Below, in pieces: positions 58,001 to 64,000 of a stretch of 64,000 bases of DNA. The number at the start of each line of letters is the position of its first letter. The first letter of the stretch is position 1. Below the pieces are notes generated by a model. That model did no database searches. It worked only from the letters and a program-made list of their open reading frames with translations, and had not been told where the DNA came from. Source of the stretch: Amphiscolops sp. MND2022 (Eukaryota); assembly GCA_964187785.1 (NCBI GenBank), contig OZ076409.1, positions 50,656,001 through 50,720,000 on the forward strand. Reading direction: 5' to 3'. Position numbers and translations under genes: made by a program.

Positions 58001-60272
58001 CGGGCAGTCCGATATTAGCGCGTCAAAACTAAGCTGCTCTTTGAACCATCAAAACGTTATCCAAAAGAAGAATTTAAATACGGAAATTACCGAAATGGAC
58101 AGAGACAATTTTTACCATTGGGGCGCAACAAGAGAGATTATGGAGATAATCCGGAGGAGAAGTAAAAGCCCGGAGACACGCAGACTTGTCGATTTGAGAA
58201 ACAACTTATCAAAGCCAGGAACACTGAGAAGGAGATACGATCCGCACACACAACGGACAATATTCGCACCAACCCGTCCAAATAAGCGTAGCCGAGAAGA
58301 AATCGCGGAGATAGACGCGGAACTGATACAGCGAACAAATCGACTTGGAGGAGGCTATCACCCACTTACCGAAGAAACAGGAGAACCCCAGAATACAGAA
58401 GAAGGCGAAATCGAACCCGAACAGCCAGAAACAGAGGAAGACAGTCTAATCCTGAGAGGAGATAACTTGCCAATAGTGGACTTGAGCAAGTTCAACACAG
58501 AGGGAAAAGAGGCCCACTATATTCAGATAAATCATATTGTGGGAAAGTTATCCGGAAACAAAAAGATACCCGAAGACACAATAAAGAAGGCCGAATTCGA
58601 ATTCATGATGGACCTGAAGACCCTCATAGCAAGAACAGCCATCGATCCCGAACTCACAAGTGTTAGAATCAGCATGAGACGGGAAGACAGAGAAGCAACT
58701 CCCGAAGGCTACAAACAAGTATTCGGAAAACTCTCAATCCGATGGGGACTCATTTTTATGGACGACCAGATCGTAGTTCCGGTGGATCTCCGAAGACGAC
58801 TACTCGACATTCTACATTTCGGCCATGCCGGCTTAACGAAGATGACAGCCGAAGCCAAAATCTTCTGGTGGCCAAACATTACTCGGGACATTGAAAATAA
58901 GGCCAAAGACTGCACTGCCTGCCTTGCTTCAGGTAAAAATTTAAAATATCAATTACCGAAAAATTATTACGGAAACTTGAAAACATTAACCGAACCGGGC
59001 CAAGAAATACAAATCGACTTTATCGGAAAACTTCATAACAAAAAAATAAACCGAGACGTACAAATCTTGATATCAATAGACCGCTTCAGCAAATGGCCTA
59101 CGGTCAAAATTTGCAAAACCGCCGAAACGAAAGAAGTTATTAACTTTCGAACGAATAACTTTAATTTATACGGGTTACCGGAAAAAATTAAATCCGATAA
59201 AGGGGGAGCTTTTATCTCAAAAGAGTATAGAGAATTTTGTAAAAGCCGAAATATAGAAATTGAATATTGTACACCCCGACTACATACGGGAAACGGAGCT
59301 GTCGAACGGGCGATACAAACTTTAAAAAACCTTATGCTAACCAACCTGGAAGAAGGAATCGAATTGAATGAAAGCATAAACCGGGTGCTCCGAGTAATGC
59401 GTTTCACAATACATACCGGACTAAAAAGAACACCATTTGAATTACACCACGGTAGAAAACCGAGAACCGAATTAACTAACATAGTTAAAGACGGGAAAAC
59501 GTTTTTATCGGATTGGTCAGAAATGTCTATTTCAGCACCAAATAAACCGAAGATTCCCATCTATGTGGGTCGGGATGCCGATGGTGAAATCACAAATCAC
59601 ATAATCATGGCAAAGACCAAGGCAGACGAAAAACAGGCAAACGAAGGCCCAAAATCACCGAAGAAGAAAAATTCGGTTAGCTATCCTTTTAAATTTGTAG
59701 AAAAAAACCACAACAAAAAATCACTTGAAGGGAGATTTCAAAAGAAAATACAAACCGCAATTGACGAAACCGAGAATACCGTAAAAACAGATACGGGAAA
59801 AATAATACACCGAAAATTCATTTCAGGACCACTGTTTCAGACCGAGAAGAAAAACGCGAGAGACACGGCACTAACCAATGCCGAAATAACACCGAAAAAC
59901 CGACACTGCTTGAGAGGTTTGGACGGAAAGTACGGCCGATGGGATGAGATACTGCGCGACATCCAAAACGGCAAACTCAAAATTGTCCAGAACCGGAAAG
60001 TCAGTGTATCAGAAACGGAAGATGAGGACGATGATGATGACAAAGAAATGCCGGAAGAAATCGGTAGCCGAACATATGACACGTCAGAACGAAATGGTCG
60101 GTACCAGCCGATTCAAACCAACCCCGAGGAGGACGCAATCCAAATCCACACGGATGGCGACGAAATCCCACAGGGTGAGAACACTGATAATAAAATACGG
60201 CGATCTAGCCGAAACATAAATAAACCGAATAGATACGGTAGCATACCTTATACTGGTAATTTTTGGGGATAA
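55065..60272 (+). CDS. Gag-Pol polyprotein (1735 aa)
   Basis: CNKCGKKGHYAKAC knuckle; IDTGS protease; AWLDD RT; TDAS..ELELLA..TDH RNase H; HFGH..CTAC plus IDF / SDKG / VER integrase. Confidence 0.95.
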   Translation: MAERNTVPNLEAKATDGNPVFTPKQWLERFRQFCKREHKIDIAPLLKGEEITDTGWTGKEQAIQEDFIWGVGPEALYQITRAEYKTEPDSIKIKDLIRLFTEFYMPKRNTYHNRGDFFWAKQTEEETPEEFWRRLIEIEKECNFNTISAEELLISKYMTAITDKKLRDKIMKEKTLEMKKIIELIKQNTYEKKYKKNTIPEALISTKEKHIIKEEPIQRMERFGTRPKNRIFSNRPCRFCNAPNWTPLHKCPATDANCNKCGKKGHYAKACRQKFNNNRTVKRLTEDEMNEPNESSCESEESIHHIKEIKKIEETNKHYTANVKINGVIKEFIIDTGSPISIMPPDKRIMKTTELQKVSNRYQDVNKNEVKFRGKIPVNIEYEKNKQKMEILITERTDITPLLGMDWMKTFKLTIGRIQLAESNQSEREKIFGKFQGLFENNETTKDTEINIQLKPGHYPIKQKARPVPLHLQEDVERELKKLIRTGHLEKINDVDEDCFVSPVVITVKSDKSVKIALDSRKLNDSCIKMRPHMPNMEELLNQISVEITRDRTAQLFMSKIDLDYAYVQMKLSEETSRQCVFALTGGNFSGYYRFKKGFYGLVDIPTIFQEKIDRTLEYCTPAWLDDIIIVTRGSKQDHEKKLFDVLDKLEKAGYRASKKKSEFFMKETKWLGHEINENGIKPYDEKVEAILKLKPPENTKDLKSFLGAIQYMSKFLPKLSEQTDRLRKLLKKNGPWIWGPEQETDFNRIKQMLTEGPCLAHYAKDKDNMVTTDASKTGPGITLWQKQDDGNIKPIAYGSRYLNDTEKNYSIGELELLAVVWGLEKFRFHLYGKKVYLYTDHQALEPLIKRNRCNKQYSARLTRWLDRLAHFDIAIQDIAGSNLKFTDFLSRNPVEGATPEDNYDEEYVINILSEQAKLNAKYGQLFADQSDTSKRVTEIENGRSENKTEQQNNQSQASRIFENKNGVNKINRNEKSTSGQSDISASKLSCSLNHQNVIQKKNLNTEITEMDRDNFYHWGATREIMEIIRRRSKSPETRRLVDLRNNLSKPGTLRRRYDPHTQRTIFAPTRPNKRSREEIAEIDAELIQRTNRLGGGYHPLTEETGEPQNTEEGEIEPEQPETEEDSLILRGDNLPIVDLSKFNTEGKEAHYIQINHIVGKLSGNKKIPEDTIKKAEFEFMMDLKTLIARTAIDPELTSVRISMRREDREATPEGYKQVFGKLSIRWGLIFMDDQIVVPVDLRRRLLDILHFGHAGLTKMTAEAKIFWWPNITRDIENKAKDCTACLASGKNLKYQLPKNYYGNLKTLTEPGQEIQIDFIGKLHNKKINRDVQILISIDRFSKWPTVKICKTAETKEVINFRTNNFNLYGLPEKIKSDKGGAFISKEYREFCKSRNIEIEYCTPRLHTGNGAVERAIQTLKNLMLTNLEEGIELNESINRVLRVMRFTIHTGLKRTPFELHHGRKPRTELTNIVKDGKTFLSDWSEMSISAPNKPKIPIYVGRDADGEITNHIIMAKTKADEKQANEGPKSPKKKNSVSYPFKFVEKNHNKKSLEGRFQKKIQTAIDETENTVKTDTGKIIHRKFISGPLFQTEKKNARDTALTNAEITPKNRHCLRGLDGKYGRWDEILRDIQNGKLKIVQNRKVSVSETEDEDDDDDKEMPEEIGSRTYDTSERNGRYQPIQTNPEEDAIQIHTDGDEIPQGENTDNKIRRSSRNINKPNRYGSIPYTGNFWG

Positions 60273-60418
60273 AAATAAAAATGTTCATGTTGTTACAGGC
60301 TCAAATTGGATCTCTCGAAAGGGAACACCAGTGCCACAAACGACGCACAAACCAGCCGACTTCATGCCCGAGGACATAACCCCCCCAGGAACCTCAGCAA
60401 CAAACTAAAGAAAACCCG

Positions 60419-60434
60419 AAGAGAGAGGGGGAAA
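60419..60434 (+). promoter_or_regulatory. Polypurine tract
   Basis: AAGAGAGAGGGGGAAA abutting the 3' LTR. Confidence 0.9.
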
Positions 60435-63367
60435 TGTAATACGGTTGATTCCGAATGACCTTTACCGAGCTCCGGTCTAGACTCTTTAGACAACCATACA
60501 AGTTGTTTACATACAAACTTGAGAATAGAATACAATTTATATACATTTAGTATATACTTTGGTTACAAAATAGTCGTGCTGAATACACATTATATTTTAT
60601 CATCTTGTCCTATATTAACCTAGCTTAGAAATAGAACATGTGTGACGTGGCACTGAGCATGTGATTGCTCTTTTCGCTGTTTCCACGAAATTGGCAGGTA
60701 CTTCGACAACAAAGAGCAAGAACGAGCAAAAACACGGGCGCTCCGCCATGACAGAAGCCAGAGACGGCAAGAACATCCGAAAATAGACTCTTTTTGAGGT
60801 GCTAACACCGGTTTTATCGATTTTCAGCATTATGCTACCCTATGTAGCGGAAACCGTAAAAATGAGTCTTTTCGCCTAAAGATCCTTGTTTGGTGCTTGG
60901 AGCCCCTGCGCCCCAGCTTGTAGCTGTGTGGTTTGCCATATTCGTGCCTGTTTTCATGTATTTTCAGTGATTTTGGCTGTATTCAGTAGCGCTAGCGCTA
61001 GTTTAGATCTCATTCCCCAATTTTAGATCTTATTCACATGTCACCCTGGAACTGGAAATTTACTTTATTCTTGGCATTGTTTTTATATGCTAGTTAAGCG
61101 GTGGTCTTTAGAGAGCCAGAAAGATGCCCGTTACTATTAGCAATCAAAGACTAGGACCGGTTGGACAGTATTCGTCGAAGCACCCGCGGCCCCGGGACGT
61201 ATTTCACCCCTGGAGGCAAAATGGATCTGTGGCGATGGGCGCCTGTCCCGAGCGATTTACCCATTCCTGCAGGTTCCTCCACCTCTGTTAACGCGTTAAG
61301 CGACCGATAACTGCTTGCCGTTTTAAATATTGTGAATTTCAAACCGTCCAATTTAGTTCGATTTCCCAGATAATCGCAAAAACCTAATTGAATCGCAAAA
61401 GCACCGGCGACTTTACAAATTTATCTATCGAGCACCAAAAACGACGGAAAGGATATACACATTCAATTTTATTGCAGACAGTATTTTTAGAAAATTTAGA
61501 CAGAATGTTCACGAACATTTACACTGATGCATTTAGCTTTTTTGCTACTTCAATCGAAGAAATTATCAATCACCAAATTTGCCGTCAAAAAAGTTCATTT
61601 AAAATACAAACCCGAGTACTCTTTGAAAAATCAAATGCATTATGTATAAGCTTATAAGACTGAGCAATATAAAATTCTCAGACTTTTTGGCGCGCTGCAA
61701 GATTGATGCATTTATTGAAATGCTTCTTGGGTTTTCATCTTTAAGCCTCGGGTCATTTTATCTCGACAATTTTGCAGCATTTTCATATGTCGAACACAAA
61801 TTTGGTCCATTGGTGAGCGGAGAATTTTAAAGTTCCACGTTCTCGCTTCTTTCGGAACCTTTCTGCATGTGCTCAGAGTCATGTATGATTGAGCAATTGA
61901 CCATCGATCATCGGCTTAAAATTGTTTTGGTTTTTCTCCCTTACCAAAAATTTGCTCAATGCCGTGAAACGGTTAATATAGAGAACATGATACGTTCTGA
62001 ATAAAAGTCGAAATCTCTAATTCTACGCCAGAAATGATCCTTCACTTTTTCGTATTACCATAAAACCTTGTGTATCTCAAGGAAGAAAATTATTCGGATT
62101 TAAAAAATATTGCTTTCATCATTTTCTTTCTTGAATCGAAACCTTTCTGTTGGGGATCAGTTGTAAAAAATTCATGAAACTGGGTTTTGAAATTTTCAGT
62201 TTTGTAACGAGCGAACCCCCTACGCAAAAATTACTTGTAATCAATGATTAGAGGTGTGCATTTATCAGAGAAATTGGCATGTTTTGAAAATAAATTTCAT
62301 CATCCTAGACTTGAGACCCATTTGGAGACCATTTTATTTACCGTGTTTCAAGGGTCCAACTAAATTGAAGGGAGATAGTCTCAGAGTGTCTGACGAAATA
62401 TTCAAATATACATTTAGGCAAATTTGTGCGCATTTAAAAACACGAACCCATTATGTGGGATCAAATTTATCCATTGTTTTTCGTAAATTTTTCGCAGACT
62501 CTCAGCAACAAACTGACGTTTCGGTGTGACGTTATATTTCTCGTGACATCAATGCACATTAATGTAGGTTGTATTACGTGTAACTGACGTAGAGAGAAGG
62601 TGAGCGGATGAGATCCGTTTAGGTTCTACTTATGGTGGATTTTTTCAACTGCTGAAAAGTTTATTTGGTTTTTAAACGTTTTCAGATATAAGCATGTTTG
62701 GCTCTCAATTGAAGCTCAAGCAATTTATATATAAACCATACGTCATAATAAACAACCTTTAACGTTTCCTACAAATAGCAACTTGCGTGACGCGCAGTAT
62801 AAGTTACGGGTGGTAGAAAGAATAACAATTCACATGACAAATCTTTACATGCATCAAACTAATGCATCTAATCAAATAATATTATATTTGAAAGTGGACT
62901 TTGAGCCCTTCTGACTGCAGCATGGGTAACAACATTCTAGCGCTGTGATTGGATGATTTTACTACGGACAACGCGTCAACTGGACTGCATCGTGGTACCA
63001 GTTGAACGCGTCCTTTAACACCTGCAGTAGCACAGCTGTTTCAAATTACTATAAGCACTTTCAACTCAACATTTCAACGAATTGCAGTTATACACATCCG
63101 AGTAATAAACTAGTTCATAAAATGTATTTTTCTATACGAAAAAGACTTATAAAAAACAATAAAATTTCAGTAGTTTGTTGCGTTTGTAAGGAAGCACGGT
63201 CCGTTCGTTTTAAATAGGAAGTACGCCAGACAGAGGAACCTAACTGTAATCTTGGGGACTGCTTTGATACCAGTTGCCGTCACAGGCGATACATGGCCAG
63301 CTTGCATTGAAATCGATGAGCTGCTCCAAGTCGGAACTGTTCATATCCATCAGGTCCTATTCCCTTG

Positions 63368-64000
63368 TGTCGCAGGCTCCGCCTGCGATGGGAACCAGTA
63401 CTCAATATCGTATAACTACCATCAGGCCTTGCCGAGGACAATTCCCCTAGATTGAATGGAAACCTGCCATTCACAAACTCAAAACTAAAGTTCCAATTTC
63501 ATTTTGTGCTAAAGGTGTTGCTGATGTTTTGATAGTAATCGGACAAAATGTCGAAATGAGTTCATTCCGACTAAAATTAGTGGTACTCGACTAGTGCTTT
63601 ACTGCTTTTGTAAAATTACACGTGTAATTGAACCATGCAGAGTTAAAATTGGACACCAAGGCGTGAGGCAAAAGAAACGTGTTCAAATGTTTTCTTGGCT
63701 GTCGCCGCAGACAGTGAGTCCAAATTATTAACAGCCAATTAGATGCGAGTATTTGTTACTATAATGCGCTGTTCTGTTTGTTTGTGCTCTCAATTAAAGA
63801 CCGTTTACGACCACTCAGCTAATTGGATTGTATTAAGAAGGCTAGTGAAGAGCTAGTTCCATTTTGGATTGACATAGAGGCGCTGTCTACAGTGGAGCAA
63901 AATATTGTCATGTACTTGATAAAAAGAGAACCCCCTTCTATTACCTCGCTAATACCAACCCTAAGATTCCTTGCGTGCAGTAGCAGTAACATTTTAAGAG
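63368..64000 (+). repeat. Diverged LTR (U3 end) related to the 1925-bp LTR
   Basis: Starts TGTCGCAGGCTCCGCCTGCGA versus TGTCGCAGGCTGCCGCCTGTGA. Encodes ACDGNQYSISYNYHQALPRTIP versus ACDGTMITTTSNNQEVIPGTLP. Further patchy match ~420 nt in (AATTAAAGACCGTTTACGACCAC versus AATTAATGGCCGGTTAAGGCCAC). Right end uncertain. Confidence 0.65.

Larger units (their letters stand above)
54810..60638 (+). mobile_element. Full-length Ty3/Gypsy LTR retrotransposon, Mag-like, single ORF
   Basis: 204-bp TG..CA LTRs at 54810..55013 and 60435..60638 (3 transitions seen). TSD TGTGT on both sides. Confidence 0.97.

Noticed and set aside
60640..61330. GC-richer segments as exon or element remnant
   Set aside because: No frame gives a recognisable protein.

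Overview
AT-rich, repeat-dense eukaryotic DNA, probably an invertebrate animal (inference; the species cannot be determined here). The main feature is a young, intact 16.4-kb Ty3/Gypsy LTR retrotransposon (13436..29854, minus strand, GCACG target-site duplication, two 1925-bp LTRs) with an unusual, complex-retrovirus-like layout. Gag starts 586 nt inside the 5' LTR and reads through the PBS. Pol is joined to gag by a -1 A_AAA_AAC frameshift and carries a dUTPase-like segment. The internal region holds an antisense, four-exon, ~1308-aa gene with a BED/hAT-type zinc finger and a decayed hAT-transposase-like core. A 261-aa sense ORF runs into the 3' LTR, where no polypurine tract is found and a terminal hairpin is present instead. 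Two diverged relics in the same window (~35.2-35.9 kb and 63.4-64 kb) keep the LTR-overlapping coding junctions, so this layout looks like a family trait. Also present: a second intact single-ORF Gypsy element (54810..60638); a full-length Tc1 (DD34E) element whose transposase is split by a 905-bp GT..AG-bounded insert that restores the frame when removed; decayed Tc1 and Gypsy fragments; several MITEs; Helentron/DINE-1-like repeats, one holding a 22-bp satellite array; long hairpins; and one probable host class-A GPCR exon. All coordinates were read by eye; family assignments rest on motif recognition, not database searches.
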